Assembly (NCBI GenBank): GCA_030248215.1
Contig: JASANG010002574.1
Span: 1-64,000 of the forward strand
Reading direction: 5' to 3'
Source: Enoplolaimus lenunculus
Taxonomy: Eukaryota
Length of the DNA: 64,000 nucleotides
Positions within the stretch are counted from its first letter, which is position 1. Each line of letters begins with the position of its first letter. This document shows, piece by piece, positions 24,697 through 40,400 of the stretch. Made by a program: the position numbers and the translations under genes. The notes under the pieces are model-generated. The model was not told the origin of the DNA. It worked only from the letters and a program-made list of their open reading frames with translations, and did not search any database.

Positions 24697-27455
24697 TACC
24701 AGTAGACAATTGTATTTTGGTTAATTTTCTGTAAATGTGAACACTTAAAAGTACCTTGGACATAATATACCGAATGCTGTCTGCTGTAAAAAAACCCCAG
24801 TATAAAAAGTCGTAAAGTAATCAGTATTTTTAACAATTTTTCATATTTATCGCGAATAAATAAAATTCATCCGCCCACTACGCGATAATTACGATATTTT
24901 ATTAATTTTAAACATGAAAATTTTGAGCGAAAATGAAAACATTTTCGCAGTCTTTCTTATGTTTTTTTGCGCAGAATTCAGTGATAATAATTTTTTTCTG
25001 CATATTTTTAATCAAAAATTCGCACGAATACCTATTATAACTCGAGTTGTCTCTGCTACCGCCCCATCTGAGCGAACTCTTTTTACTATTAAATCACGCA
25101 GATTTCAAATATATTGTTGTTTTGTTGCACTTTATTAACTATTTTACATTTTTCTTAATCGAATAGAATTTTAGTGATTATGTAAAAGACTTAATAATTG
25201 TTCGTACTTTCTGTGCACTATTACGTTTTGAAGTATACGTTTATTATTGTTTTTTCAGGTATCAAGACAATTCGTCGCCCGACAACTCGTCGCTTGAGAC
25301 AGCTTGTAATTTTAAATTTCATCGATTCGATAATTAGTCACCCATCAAACTGATTAGGCTTAACATTACGCTTAATAGGATTACGTTTAGATATTTATTT
25401 AAAGTCTTTAGGACAGTGTTGGGTGACAAGTTGTCGGGCGACGAATTGTTGTAGATTCATTTTTTCAACATTACCTTTAATTTGGTTTCTGGTCCGTTAA
25501 CTTTTTTCTGGTTCCTTAATTTTGTGGTACCGCCTATTGTGTCTTTATGCCATGTTTTGGTTTTACTAGAGAATCACCGCTCTTCACAAAACCCTTGTCA
25601 TTTACTCTCCTGAACTTGATTATTAGATTAAAGAAAACTTAAATGGCTGGACGGACTAACTAAAAGGGAATTACAAGTTTAACTTAATCAAATATATTTT
25701 TAAGTTTAACACGAGTTTAATTTAAAGTTATTTTTGCGTTAAGTGATTATGCATCCGAAGCTTAGGGTATATTTTGTTTAACTATACTTAACCGATTGCG
25801 CCCATACTTCGCACCATAGATGTAACCGGATATCCGTTTCTCGTAAAATATGTGTCCGTTTCCGTGATAGAAAGGACGGAAACTCTGTAATTATGCTCAA
25901 AATTAGCTGAAAATCTGGTATATAACTCGCAATTTTTCATTATAGAAATGCTGCAATTGTCTGCAATAAAATAAAAATTACGAAATTCATCCAAAATCTT
26001 AAAATTTTCGATGCATCCGCCGTTTTTTTAATTTTAAAAAGCCTTGTGAATATTTGTACGCCTCAATTGTGTTGGCAGAAAAATAAAACAGTCTTGAAAC
26101 TTTTATACATGTAATATCCGTTTCCCGTTTCTGTATATATATTTTGATCACTATCCGTTTGCGTTACGTCTACTATCCGTTTGCACCCTGCTTCAAACAT
26201 TACAAATAAATTCATACTATTTCATCCTCAGTCTACAGAAAATTTTGATCTGACAATTGAAAATGAACTATTAATTTAAATTTTGTTTGAAAGCCTAAGG
26301 CCAAACTTTATACATCTTTTAGCGCTCGATTGAAAGACATTTAGTTTCCAATAAAATATTTTCATCTTATGATATCCAGCAGATTAGGAAATCCGTCATA
26401 ATTTTCTGATATTTTCAGCAAAAAAAAATTTAATAGACTGTTGTCCATGTTACTTTAAGTGGCGTCCAGGTTTGTGTTGGGTCTATAAAAGAGTGTGTTT
26501 AGATTCTAGATTACATGTTTTTTTGCTTAGGCTCAGGCTTAGGCTTAAACTTAGGAACATATTTTTGTAACGCTTTTAATAGACTTATACTTTTTTCAAA
26601 AACTATCGTTTACAAAATGTTACTAAAAATGAAAACAATAAAAAAATAATGTTTCAATATATACAGTGAGCTTACAGCAGTAAATTTTGCTAATTTTGAA
26701 CACTAATTGTTTTGCGCCAGGCAAAACCGTGCTAGTAAATATTAATTTCAAATCCATATTGAAAATATTTCGTTTTAAATTTTGAAATATTATTCATCTG
26801 GTCCATATCAGCGAGCAAAATTTGAAATTTTTGCTCCAATGAGCCTCAAGATACAGAGCAGCAATCAAAATCTCGCGAGCGAGATGCCAAACGCAATTTT
26901 AGTACTAAATTGTAATGCAAAATTTTGATTTACATTCCTGTCATGGGATGGACAGTGGTCTGGTTGCCGATATTATATCCGTCAGTGGTTTCAATTTTAA
27001 CATTTGTTGCTTTATGTGGCAAGCTTGTAATGAGCGGATTATGAGTTAAGCCGAACTTTTACTATGAAATCTAATCTGAAGGTTAGACAGTATTTTTAGT
27101 TGTAAAATTCACATGAAGTCTAGATAATTGTTGCTTAGTGTTTAGTTACACAATAGTCTATTGTCCTTGTGTGTAAAGTTGAACTCAAAATTTGTGTGAA
27201 TATTTCCAAAAATGAACTTGCTCTCAATGTTATTTGAGCGTGAGATCGAAGCCAATATATTTCGTAAGTATATATTGTCAGTCTAGATAGGAACTGCGAC
27301 TTCAGACCTTTTAACTAAGCAGCTGAAAAAAACGAGTTACAGGTGGTTTTGAGCTAGCGACCTATGTGCGCCACACAGCTCGCCTCTCCAACTGCTTCTA
27401 TCGTGGTGTATATGTCGACTGTATGCTTCTGGCTTTCGAAATTCTTTATCAATTC

Positions 27456-27651
27456 GGCCCATGTTTCTTTAAGCGGCGTTCATTCTTCTGGTGAGTCCAT
27501 AAAAGAGCAGGTTAAGATTCTAGGTTACATTTTTTACTTAGGCTTAAGCTTAGGATTAGGCTTAGGAACACATTTTTGCAACGCTTAGGCTTAGGCTTAG
27601 GCTTAGGAATACGGTTAATCTACAGTTGCGCCCTTTAAAGTAACATTGGCC
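27456..27651 (+). mobile_element. MITE family B
   Basis: Full TIRs, exact TSD ATCAATTC, TTAGGC arrays. Confidence 0.92.
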
Positions 27652-27974
27652 ATCAATTCTACACAGGTTGTTTTAATATCGATAACCTTATGTTTTTTGT
27701 TTTAAGCAAGAAACGAACTGATGGGTTATATTCTTAACAATTGTTACATAATTTCCGAAAGTCAAAATAGTGAAATTATAGAACGCTTGTTCGGTTTCCA
27801 ATTTTACTTTAATAGAACAATACACTGTGTTCTTTTCTGTTTAATTAACTGTATTCGAATCCAATCGTTAGGTTCATGTCCCAAATTTACTGATTTCATC
27901 TTTATACTTTGTATATTTTTTAATATTACAGAACGTTTAATTGTATAGTATTTACAACTAATCGATTTTAGCTA

Positions 27975-28275
27975 GAGCTCTATTCACACGTGCAAGTTTT
28001 TGCAGCAAAAACTTGCACGTGCAACTCGCACGTGCAAGTTGGGTCAAAAAGTAGCTTTGAAGGTCTTGCAGCTGCAAATTATTCACTGGAATTCATGCTA
28101 TTAAATTTAATTCGCACCTGTGAACGCAGTTGCAAGTCGCCTGATTTTATCGCTCCTGCAATTTGATTGGTCAATCGGAATGATCATTTGAAATTAGTTG
28201 TAGCTGCAAGTGTTTCGTGCAAGTTGCAGCTGCGAGTTATTGCTGCAAACACTTGCGCGCGTGTGAATGCGGTTT
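27975..28275. mobile_element. MITE family I (TTCACACGTGCAAG TIR, TGCAA-rich)
   Basis: Inverted ends; homologous in the opposite orientation to 58120-58559. Confidence 0.75.
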
Positions 28276-28482
28276 AACCTATCTGTATGAATTATTTAAA
28301 TTAGAAAATTTCCTAAATATTGCTTTGATTTCATTAATTACACAATGTATTTAACTTTTTAAAATTATCTTTCAGGGCTATTATTAATATTGGTATAATT
28401 TTAAATTTCATTATTCACTGATATCGATTTTATTATTACAAGCGATTCAAAGAAGATAGTTACGTTTTTAATTCTGTAAGCG

Positions 28483-31400
28483 ATGCCGAAAGTAAAGAAA
28501 AAGATCACAGGTAAATAAATCTTTAAATTTTTACAAAATATACAAAGTGTTACTGTTTGAGCCACATGTTATGACTCTATTTACATTATGCTTTATGCTT
28601 AAACTTGTAGTACAACTTCCACAATATTATGCGCGGAAATCAAGGTAACTTTTTTGAGCTAAGATGAGATGACACGTTTGAAATTCGAATGAAAACCAAC
28701 AATGATTATAACAATAATAATACTAATAATAATATTTATAATGGTAATAATATTAATAATGCTAGTAATAATAGTTGTAATGATCATAATAATAATAATA
28801 ATAAGAATAATAATAATAATAATAATAATAACAATAATTATAATCAAAATTACGTTTAAGTTTTAAATGATCCGGGTTCGTCTTAAATTGTTTACCAAAA
28901 CGCATCGTTCCCCTGTAATATAGTGCATCCCTGCGTTTGTGAACCCTATTTTTTGAACCGACTGTTGCGTTTCTGATTGCTAGTGCGCAAACCTGTCCCA
29001 TCACGTGGCCTATGGGCGGGGCTTGCATATCATCCCGGCATCCCTGAGTTCACAGTTTACAAACTATACCTCGTACAAGTCGCACGCATTCATGCATAGC
29101 TGCCGGTAGGAATAAGTATAACGATACACCTGTATCCCCATGGCGTCTCAAAGCAATTTTAATTATAAATATCTCCATAGAGTAAAATTGTGCTTAAAAA
29201 TTAAAAATGCGTAGCTAAGTAAGCTTAATTAATATTTTCTCCACCAGACCCCCCCATTTGCGCAATCCGATCCAGCATTTTGGCGACACCCATGGATCGA
29301 TTTTAAAAATCGCAGTTCAATTAGTGCGTGACAATACTGTGATAAATGCTTTGTGGAACTTTCAGTCCACAGAATGTGTGATATTTTTTGGGGGGTTTTC
29401 GCTAAACAGACTCGTTTTTATCACGTGTGGCCGCACAACAGAAGATAATCGGTTATTTTATTCCACACTTTTTTCTATTTTAACCCTTATTTTTTGGAAA
29501 TTCGTTTTTGAAATTCTTTTCACAAATCATTACATGGGTGTGAACAAAGTTCATGAACCATTTCTATTTATATATATATATGAATATATAATATATGTAA
29601 GTATATATTATATATATTTATATATATAATATATACTTACATATATTATATATTCATATATATATTCTCTATTATGGTAATTACAATTCGTTTGTGGTTA
29701 TGTGCAATTCGTTCTGTGTTGCAATCGTGATAAGTATATTCCTGTGTAAATCGCTTGAGATCGATTGGAATGGTCGCGAGAGGTCATGAGAACATCTAAA
29801 GTGCAAAAGATCAAACCATTTTGGTCAAACACTGGCTTGAACGTTTTCAGACGTATTTACGCCGTTGAAAATTAGGTTTTCACCATCAAAAACACCGTTT
29901 ATCACCAGTTAGTGACCGGTTTTCAAATACGCCGAGCGGTACGTATGCAATAATTTCAACGCGTTAGCATTCGAACAAACTTACGTTCTGATGTTAGAAA
30001 TTGGTTTGAAAACTGTTCCAGTTACATTGAACCCGAGTTTAAATCGGCACAATTTAAGATCAAAAATATATCATGGTAGGGGCGTGTACTCTCACTTAGG
30101 AGCGTAGACGTAAAATTATATTTGGACGGCACCAAAATAATATTGGCGGGTTCCCACAATTGCAATTCAAGATTGTTTACTTTTAGACCGAGTATATTTG
30201 GGGGGCACTGCTCCCCAATGCGCCCTGTGGGGGCTGCCTTGCTGTCACTCGACTAAAGTTCATTCGACCAACAGTCAAATTTGACGCGAAATAATTTCGT
30301 TTGGAGAAGGCTGGGAATTACGTACTTATGCTCATGAAATATTTGGAGAAACGAGTACAAAAGCACATTTGCAGGATTTAGAACGATATTCTGTATTTAA
30401 TAGGTTTAAAACATTAGTTTTCTAGTAAATCTTTTGCGTATACCCTCAATAACTACGAAATAGCAAGTTAACTAATTACCGTTTGACGGCTGATTTGTTG
30501 CTCGAACGAGGATATAAACCGTTCTTTCATTTTAGGTTCTGGTTTTTGCCGTTGTATTGCAAAACCAGCCCGGGCAAAAATCAGTGGCGGACCGGTTTTC
30601 CGTCGGACTGCAATAGATCAAACTTAAGCTTTAGACTATTTTTTTGATTAGGCTTTGGTATAGGCTTATTCTTACGATTACATTTAAGTTTCGGCTTAGG
30701 CATAGGAATATGCATATACTACTGTTCCAGTCATGTTCTATACAATGGAATATTGTTCACTTGACTGTCGGATTCCAATTTCTATACTGCAAAAATGGTG
30801 AGTCAAATTGACTCTCGGAAATTGGGCTTTTCGAGACTACACAAATTGAGTCAAATTCGACTCACCGAGCGACTCGGGTGATTCGAAGTTGACTCTGGCG
30901 AAGTCGAATTAGACTCATTTTGTGTAGTCCGGAAAAGCCTATTTCGTATACAGTCAATTTGTCTCACCATTTTTTGCAGTGTACCGGAGCGCTGTGCGCA
31001 ATATTTATTTTAGCACTAAATCTTAATACAAAATTTTGGTTTTATCCCTTCTTCGGATGCTTAAACCTGGCAGCTTCCGTTGAATCTGAACGGTGATATT
31101 TTCAATCTTTTCTTCACGGGACACACTCCAGGCAACATAGTTGAGTTATAACGACAAAAAGTTGCAGTTTGTTTTTGTAATTGTTGAATGTCGTTGATAC
31201 TAAAATAGAAAATTTGTCTTAAGTATGGCCTTGGTTTGAAAATTTACTACAGAAAAATTTTTTACGCGTCTAATTTTAACACGAATTTAAGTAAAATTCA
31301 AATTGGTGTCAGAGAAACGACTCGTTTTGCTATATAATTTTTGAATATATCAAACTTAATTCTTTGATCCAACCGCAGCTAAATCCGTGCCGCTTTGAAA

Positions 31401-34400
31401 CTTTTTTGCTTGCTGTACGAAGTTTTTAAGCGTCTGCAACGCTTTGTAATTTGTCTTTAAATTTGAAATGACGTTTAAACAGTTTATACTTACAAAGATT
31501 ACAAAACATGTTGTCAGTAAATTATTTTGGATCAGTGATGACATTGGCTCGGATTATAGAGACATGAGTTTGTTAAGCTGGGGTTTTTAATTTAAGTCGA
31601 ACTTCTATTTAAGTTTTTGGTGCTTTATCTTAACGCGAAAATTTTCATCTCGAACACATTAAGCCAGATCACTTTTTTTGAGGTAGTAAAACTGTAACAT
31701 TTTTGATCTGTTAATCTAAAGTTTGTTTTTTTGACTTAAATCTGAAATCGACTTGAGTCTGAGGTAAGCTTAAGAGATGCATGTGTAATCCAGCAAATGT
31801 CTTTTACACTACTGGTTCTAAAACCTTATCTATATTATAAAAGTTGGAACACCCCACATATATGCTTGGCCAGTGTTCGAACACAGTAGTAAACTTTGTT
31901 TTTAACAATATACAGATCGTTCTGCAAAACAATTAGTACATCTAAATTTACTGATAAAATAATTGTGTAAGCGTAAAGTTAGTACTGTTTAACGAATGCC
32001 TTCTTTGATATAGTATGTACTTTGTGGTAGCGTTTGAAATACCAGCACATTAGGAAAGTTGCACCTGGGTGCAAAACTACGGGTACTAGTGAGAATTTAT
32101 GTGGAAAGCATTGTTGTACTGTAGTGGCCCGAATATAAGTGAAGTATTTTGACTCCTAATCAGTAGGGGTCTATATCCCTTACACATAAAATAAATTGTC
32201 TTGTATTCAAGAAATATTGTTTGAACTTTAAGATAATTGTGTCTTAATATAGACTGTCTTGAATTCAAAACTTTAATTATTTAAAATTTTCAGAAATATG
32301 GGTTTGAAACTTTCGCACTTAAATTTTTTGAACTTAACACTTTGTTTATAGTAGTGAACCGTATATAAAGGAAGCATTTTGAGTCCTAATCAGTAGAAGT
32401 TTATATTCTTTAGAGTCCGTATAAGGCTTGAGTCCAAAGAAGTTCCATATGTATATAATAGACCACTCTTCTCTTTTATTCTAGTCACTACAGTACCTTT
32501 ACGTTTTTGTCCATTGATGCCCTGGGTGCAAGTGAAACTTTGTGATTATATTGTTGCTTTAACCATCATTTGTAATTAAAAGCTAAGAATATTTGAATAC
32601 TACTTCAACTATTAATTGTAATGTTAAACTAGCATACTTTAACTATTTGATTAATATTAATGCTTAATGCTGCGTGCACGTTGCTGCAATTTTACGCAGT
32701 GGAACGTTCAATTTTAAAATATGCAAAAGCAAAAAAAATGCATTGAAGCGTAGTATTCTTTGCTAAGAATCAACTCATGCTAATGTTTCAGCTATGGAAT
32801 GCAGTTTTAGATTTTAGAAACTAAAATCAAATTTATCGACAGTATTCACAAATGTGTATAGCACCTATTACCAGTTAGTGATTAGGTTATTAAACTTTCA
32901 AATCACCGAACGGAGAGCTTAGGAATTAATTACAATTTTCAGATTTGACTTACCTTATGTCTGTGCAGAATTTGTGCAATCGCAACAGTTTGTGAGTTTG
33001 AAACTTATTACCAACTGGTGAGATAGATACTATACATATTTGAAAATATTGGCCTATTTCTTAGTCAAATAGCTGTGTTTTCTATTCAAACGCCTATTTT
33101 TGATCTACGTAAAAGTTAATTTTATCTAATTTATTGAACGCAAGTGAAACATAGAGCGAAATGATGTTTATTTCTTTGGTTTGAAAATCTATTACTAACT
33201 GATGATATATGCTAAGCACATTTAATAATACGGATTTATAATAGTGATGGATATAGCAATATTTTGGAACCGATTTAGCTCAAATTTGTACTAAATATGG
33301 CTTAACATAAATTTGTTTTAAGTACAAAGCGATCAATTTTGAGCCAAACAAATTTAATAAAATCATTTTGGCTTTATTTCTAATTTTTTTCTATCATTTT
33401 TCGCCTTTTTTAGAACACAATAATTTAAATTACCGACTATTTGGGCCGAATCCATCGTAGTAATTTAAATTTAAAGAGATTTACATTTGAGACAATTTTG
33501 ATTTCAAAATAATGTTATTTTGTTAAAACAATTTCAAATATCACAAACGAAGTCATTACCCTGGATATATTTGTTTTAATCAGTTTAGAAAATAGTTAAA
33601 ATTAAAAGTTTGCTGTAAAAAACGCGTTCACTGCAACGCAAATGCGTTAAATTTTTTGCTATTTGATATTTGTATTTTAGAATGCACTAAAAGTGCTGAA
33701 ATTTTTAAGCGTAGTTTTTTGTGCATATTTTCCTATTTTCCTAAGTTTTAAATGGTCGCTTATAAATTTTGACTAACGAAAACTGTGTGAATTGTATACG
33801 ATTTTAAGTATTTTTCAACTTCGTTTCGAAAATTTCTTTAATTGTAATAAAATTAAGCAGTCACCGATGACGATTCTCAAATTTTCGTTTTTATTTTTTT
33901 ATTTTTATTTTCTTTATTTTTGTTTTTATTTTATTTACTTTTGTTTTTATTTTCTTAATTTTTGTTTTTATTTTCTTTATTTTTGTTTTTATTTTTTCTA
34001 ATTGTGTTTGCGTTTTCTTTATTTTTGTTTCTATTTCTATTTTTATTTTTTAATTTAACTAGCAATATATGTGTGTTTGAAACTTTAGTTTTTAAAAGTG
34101 ACCTGCGTCAACTAAAATCGGAAGCGATAAAGAGTTTAAATATTGTCAATGTGCAAATGTTTATAAAAGTGTTATATAAAATTCGAGAGGTATGCATCAA
34201 AATTGATTTGTTCATTATAAACAATTGTCCATGTTACCATTCGCACAACCATAGAAATTTTCAGCCAAAAACAGGCAAGAACATTTCTGCTGAGGGCAAT
34301 GATGATGTTTAAAATAGTATTTACCTTAATTTTGGATAAATTTCGTTTGAACACTTTGGAAGAATTTGCTTAAACTTCATATATATATTTAAATTGCCGG

Positions 34401-37400
34401 ATATTTTTTAAACTTCAAAAAGTTGTCGGCATCGTTTGCAATTATGCCGTCTACCATGGAACTGATTCGTAGTTACGTTTATATATTTTTCTGTCTTGCG
34501 TGCAATGTAAATGCTTGCATGTGCCCGTGTACGTTCACAATCTTTAACGAGTTATAATAACGCTACACTGTAAATTCTGATGAGTTAATTAATCAACAAA
34601 GACGGAAAGTTAGTTATTTCTGCGTTAATACCAGTACACTTTAACACACGTTGAGTCGAGTTGATTTTGTCTGTGAGTTGAGTGGACTCCGGTGGAGTTT
34701 ATTAATTAAATCAGAACGAGTTCAATCAACTCAGAATTGTGAGTTCTGACAGTCCTAACTCAGACTGAGTCTTTCAACTCATTTTGAGTTATACTCAACT
34801 CAACGGAATTTACAGTATTATTGGGTGTAACAGCATACATCTCAGTATATTCTTATTCCTAAGCAAAAATAATAGCCTTAATCTTAGCCGCCACCTCAAT
34901 CTGTGGTACCTAGAGAAAGTCGAGCACTCCCGTTTCGAAAACGGCTTGACGAGACAAACACAGTGGCGTAAATTTTGTCCACAATCAACTCATAGCTATA
35001 AAAATAGCATTACGCAAGATTCAAAGATGTTTCTTTAATTATGTACAAAAGCAATGTTTTATTTTAAACCTTTCAAGGGGGTTGCCGCCCCCCTAAACCC
35101 CCGTTTTGCAAAAGATGAACTAAACAGGATGTGCGGTTGCTGCCACCCGAAGCATCCGCACTAATTAAGTCACGCTATGAACTTGTTAAGTTTCATAAAG
35201 CGTTAAAAATGTATCGGTGTGAGATGTTAAGCTGTGTCACTTAAACACATTGGATACGTTAGGCCATTTATGGAACATTTGTTAGCTACGTTCTGATATT
35301 TGAATGCAATCAAGTATAAGATTTGAATACACTACCCGGTTCCGGCTCCAGCCGGATATTACATTACCTGGCTCCGGCATTTTTTTAGTATCCAGTCACA
35401 TCCTGATATATATACATTCCACGGGTAAATTTCATCATATGCAAATTTAACCCTTTCTCACATGAATATTTTCTATTTCCCCTGAGACCTACTTTTATGC
35501 TATGATTCGAACTCCAGTGACTGGAGTGGGAGGCGTATATCATCACCACTCAGCTATAGGAGCTTGACGCCCGAGCGCGAGTTGGCTCTCACGTCTTGTG
35601 GTGATTTAGTACTATGTATACGTGTTGCAGTTGTTAAACACTGTGCGATATATATTATTTAACGTATATACACTGCGCTCAGTTGCCTATAGGCAACTCA
35701 ATGTGAGAAGGGGTTAAATGTTTTAAGCAAATGTTACTTTTTCTTAAAATAAGGTTACAAAAATAATCGCTATTTGCACTTGCAAGTCGAATGCAAACGC
35801 AGCGTTGCGCTAAAAATACAACGGTCATCGGCTACGACAAGCACGTTTGCAGTTCAAAAATCAACGTTTTTAAATGTTTCAAATACTTAAATTTATAAAA
35901 ATGCTATTTGAAAACTAAGAAATGTTTCTTTTTCTACAAAAAAAATAGTTGCGGTAGTAATTTTGTTCGTCGTATCAACTTTGCGAAATAAACGGTCACG
36001 GTTTGATGAAAATAAGTCATCCCATCTTCTTGTTGTCAATTTAAAAATGAGGTTTATGACAAAACAAACGAGCAAACTTTATTTAAAAATGTATATTTTG
36101 GAAACTGTTTCAATTTTATTTGTTTACATTTTTCAGTACTAAATACGTTCCTACAGCTTTCACATAGTCATTTAGAGTACAACGGACACGTCCACGGCTG
36201 TAGTTTATGCATCGTCCACTTCATCTTGTGTCCGCAATTTGGAAATTGGAAACGCCATTTCGAATGTACGGTTTTGAAAATTACGTAAACCACAAGAGCT
36301 GATAGCGTTTTAATACACTGCAACGTTACAAAAAAACTGCCAGAAATGCCTAATTAAACTTCAAGAAATTAAGTGTGTTTGAAGAAAAAAAATTGCTGAC
36401 GATGTTTAATTCACACTGTTATAGTCCTGTGTACTCAAAATGCTGGGGATGGGCAAAAATAGTTTTTTTGGAGTGACATAGGGAAATTGGCTTACAAACC
36501 AACGGCGAACACAACGGAGGGCGCCACGCGTCAAAAAAGTATAGCACAACCCTTAATAATACAGCGTTTCCAGCTTAAAATATAATTAATTGAACAATAA
36601 CGGGGGGTAGTTTGTTTCAACGGTAATATTTTTGTTTATTTTGCCCAGTGATTTTAGCAGCGGAGTATATAGATTGTTGACGTGGAACGGGTAGGAGATA
36701 ATATTTTAAAATTGCTTCGTTTTAAAATTTGCTTGCAGTTGCTAATCTCAAAATCAATACCAAAGTAGAACAAATAATATGCGAAAAATGTGCTTATTTT
36801 CGAGCGTCAGCATTCACTATTTCCAAAGTTACAAGAACTCTCATCAACTAGTGATAGACGCTACACACATTTGAAAATATGGATCCAGCAAGAAATGTTT
36901 GCATATTTCTGTTACATTTTAGCCGTTTAAGCATTTACAACTTCAGAAATTTGATTCAAAATTCGTTTCAGTATTTCGAAAAACAGTTATTCTAAATATT
37001 TTGAAAAATTTCACAAAACCGTTTGCTCAAAGTAAACATTACTCAGCGTTTTGTATTTTCAAACCAACTTGAGAAGTTTGTATCCGTTTAAAATATTTCA
37101 CAATTTCATTTTTCAAATCAAATATCAATAAAATTAAACAAAGTAAACAAGTGTTGGTTCTATTTTACAAGCAAAGTTAGAATTTTCACAACGCTATGAT
37201 TGTCGTTATATTTCTACGCTTTCAAGCCAATCTTTCAGTCGTTCAACCAGGAATTGCTGCCAGACGGACAAAAACATTTTTATAAGATGCACGAAAACTT
37301 TTGTTCTAAAACAGAATTCTTTTAGTCAAAATACACCGTTCGGCCTGAGGGTGGTGCAGATATTTGTATTATGGCCGCCGTCAACCCACCCCATCACCGC

Positions 37401-40400
37401 TTCATATTTGCAAACATTTCATTGGTTGCTTTTAGAAATTCCACTCTTAAATTTTATTAAAGTTCGCTATTTGAGATAACTTTTACAAAGTTTGCTATAA
37501 AAACTTATTTTTTTTGTTTTAAAATGTTTTTCAATTTAACAAAACAAATATTAAACTTTTTTTAAAATATTTTTAAACCGCATGAAATGTCACGTTTATT
37601 GACGTTGTTTTATTCGTTTATTTTGAAACATTTCGCAACCAACAGCTGGTAATGGGTTGAGGTTCAGGTTTGGGAGAGTTATGTCAACGCAATTTGATTA
37701 CCTTTATTAGTTGCATTTTGCAAACGTAGCATCTTCATAGCTACGATCTCGTCCGGTGACAGCTAAACTGCTGTTCACCGGTTGCCGGAAGTATGTGGTG
37801 TGAAAACTGTGACATCCGGGTTAAGTGGAAATGTCGGTTGACATTAATGTGGCACGTTAACTTGTCGCAACTAATTTCTACAGGGAAACCTAAATGCAAC
37901 AAAACCTCTCAAAGTGCTAGACCTCATACGGGCCCATAGTCAAGAGAGGCCAGGGTGGCTGGGCCCCATGGCAAAAATTTTGGCCTCCCTAGAAAATTTT
38001 CAACTTTGCTTGTAACTTATTAAAAACCCTTGAATGCCCATCCTGAATAATATTTAGCCCCACTAAGCAAGATGAACTGGCTACGGGCCTGACCTCATAA
38101 CTTCCAAACTAGCAAGCACAAATTTCTATAGAGCCATTAAAATAAATGGGCAGGATAAATATGCAAAATTTTGGCCAATGAAAACAACAGGAGCGGAACA
38201 GTATTATAAGCATATTCCTAAGCCTAAGCTTAAGTCTAAGCCTAAGAGTAATGGGTCATCCACGTTAAAATGCACGCGCCGATGTAATAAATGGTCCACC
38301 CACCCCATTTGGAATAGCATCGAAATACACATCCTAGCTGGAGGCAAGGTACAGTTTCTTAGCTGTACTTACATAGTGGTGATTGTCTAAACTCTGTCGG
38401 AAGGGACTCTGGAGGAATACATGTTGTCTCTAGGATGTCAGGATATTACGATAGTGCACGCATACACATATAAAAACACAAGCTGCGCACACATGTTCAC
38501 GCGCATCATTCAACACAAAAATCAGAGTCCCTTCCGAGGGACTATGGACAATAACAGGTCCTGATAAGGATGTCAGGACAAGTAAATATTTATGCCTAGA
38601 GCATATTTATTGTCTAAAAGTTCAGACAATAACATACTGACATATCACACAGTGTATAAAGAGAGTGGGTAGGGACAATGCGGGCACCCGAAAGGGAGGG
38701 ACATTTTTTTACATATGTGCGTGCATTTTAACGTGGATGACCATAAGAATGAGCATATTCCTAAGCCTAAGCCTAAGCCTATACCAAGCAAAAAATTTAG
38801 TCTAAAGCTTATGCTTACTCTATTGCAGTCCCGCAAAAAAACGTTCCGCCCCTGATGTTTACATGGGCTCAAATTTCAATAGAACCATTAAAATAAATGG
38901 GCATGATATTTGCAAAAGTCTTACAACAATTTGTGCAATAACATGGATTGATTAGAGGAACAATATTTTGACAATCAAATGTCAATTGTAACCAGCATTG
39001 CGATTCTGCCACTGTTCAGTTAAACCTGTCTAAGTTGACATATTTGCATGCAATCATGGCAAACTTGCAATAATTGCAGACTTCAGATTGAAGTTATAGT
39101 TAATATGTAAGGTTTTGGACTTTCGTGGGGGATTTCAACTGCAACAAACAGCCCCCCTGTTGAAGATAGCGTCTTTTACCAAGTCGTTTTAACCTCACAA
39201 CTGATTTACGTGTTCAGATATATGGTTTTTAAGTGTCTGTTTTATTACTTTTATAATTTTTGTTTACTTTGATTTACATTATTTTACTCATTTTTGTAAG
39301 AAAATATATTTTCACTAAAATGTTTTTATTTTCCACTTATTTTTGTTTTGGTTTCTACTTGAACAATGATAACTTTCGATTAAGTAGATTCGTTGTATTG
39401 ATAAACACTTTTATGATGCTGTTGTTGTTTTAGTATTCATTTCTTTCTTTTTGGACAGTGTCATTTTACACTCATTTTTATTTGTTAATTGTCGTTTTTT
39501 TCGATGTTTTATATTTCCGATTATTTTGCGAATGAAAATTTTTACTGTTTTTTATTTTTTAAAATCTCAAAATGGTGTTAGAGATTTCTAATAAAAATAA
39601 TATTAGTTCTAAACCAAATAGCAACAAAAGTGTTTCTAAAGTTCAAAATTAAAGTAAGCCAGGACCAATGGTATTCTCAGATTTGTTCAGCTACACATTG
39701 TCAGTTGATCTGATACAACGTAACAGTTAAAATTAATGTTTCTTTGCTTACAAAACAACGCTTTGAGAGATGCTATTTAAGTCCTGAAAAGCGTTTAAAA
39801 TAGAGTTTTATTTTTAACTCGATTGTTTTGCCAGGCATAAGCATATATGCTTAATGTGCTGGCTGCAAGCCCAAAATGTCACCGTTTGCTTCCGCTCATG
39901 ACACGATCAGAAATTTAAGTTTTTAGATTTGTTAATTTTAAACTTTTTAGAAATTTAAATTTTTAGATTTGTTAATTTTAAACTTTTTAGAAATTTAAAT
40001 TTTTAGATTTGTTAATTTTAAACTGTTTAGAAAATTAAATGTTTACATTTGTTAATTTTAAACTTTTTAGAAAGTTAAATTTTTAGATTTGTTAATTTTA
40101 AACTTTTTAGAAATTTAAGTTTTTAGATTTGTTAATTTTAAAATTTTTAGAAATTTAAATTTTTAGATTTGTTAATTTTAAACTTTTTAGAAATTTAAGT
40201 TTGTAGATTTGTTAATTTTAAACTTTTTAGAAATTTAAATTTTTAGATTTGTTAATTTTAAACTTTTTAGAAATTTAAATTTTTAGATTTGTTAATTTTA
40301 AACTTTTTAGAAATTTAAATTTTTACATTTGTTAATTTTAAACTGTTTAGAAAATTAAATGTTTACATTTGTTAATTTTAAACTTTTTAGAAATTTAAAT

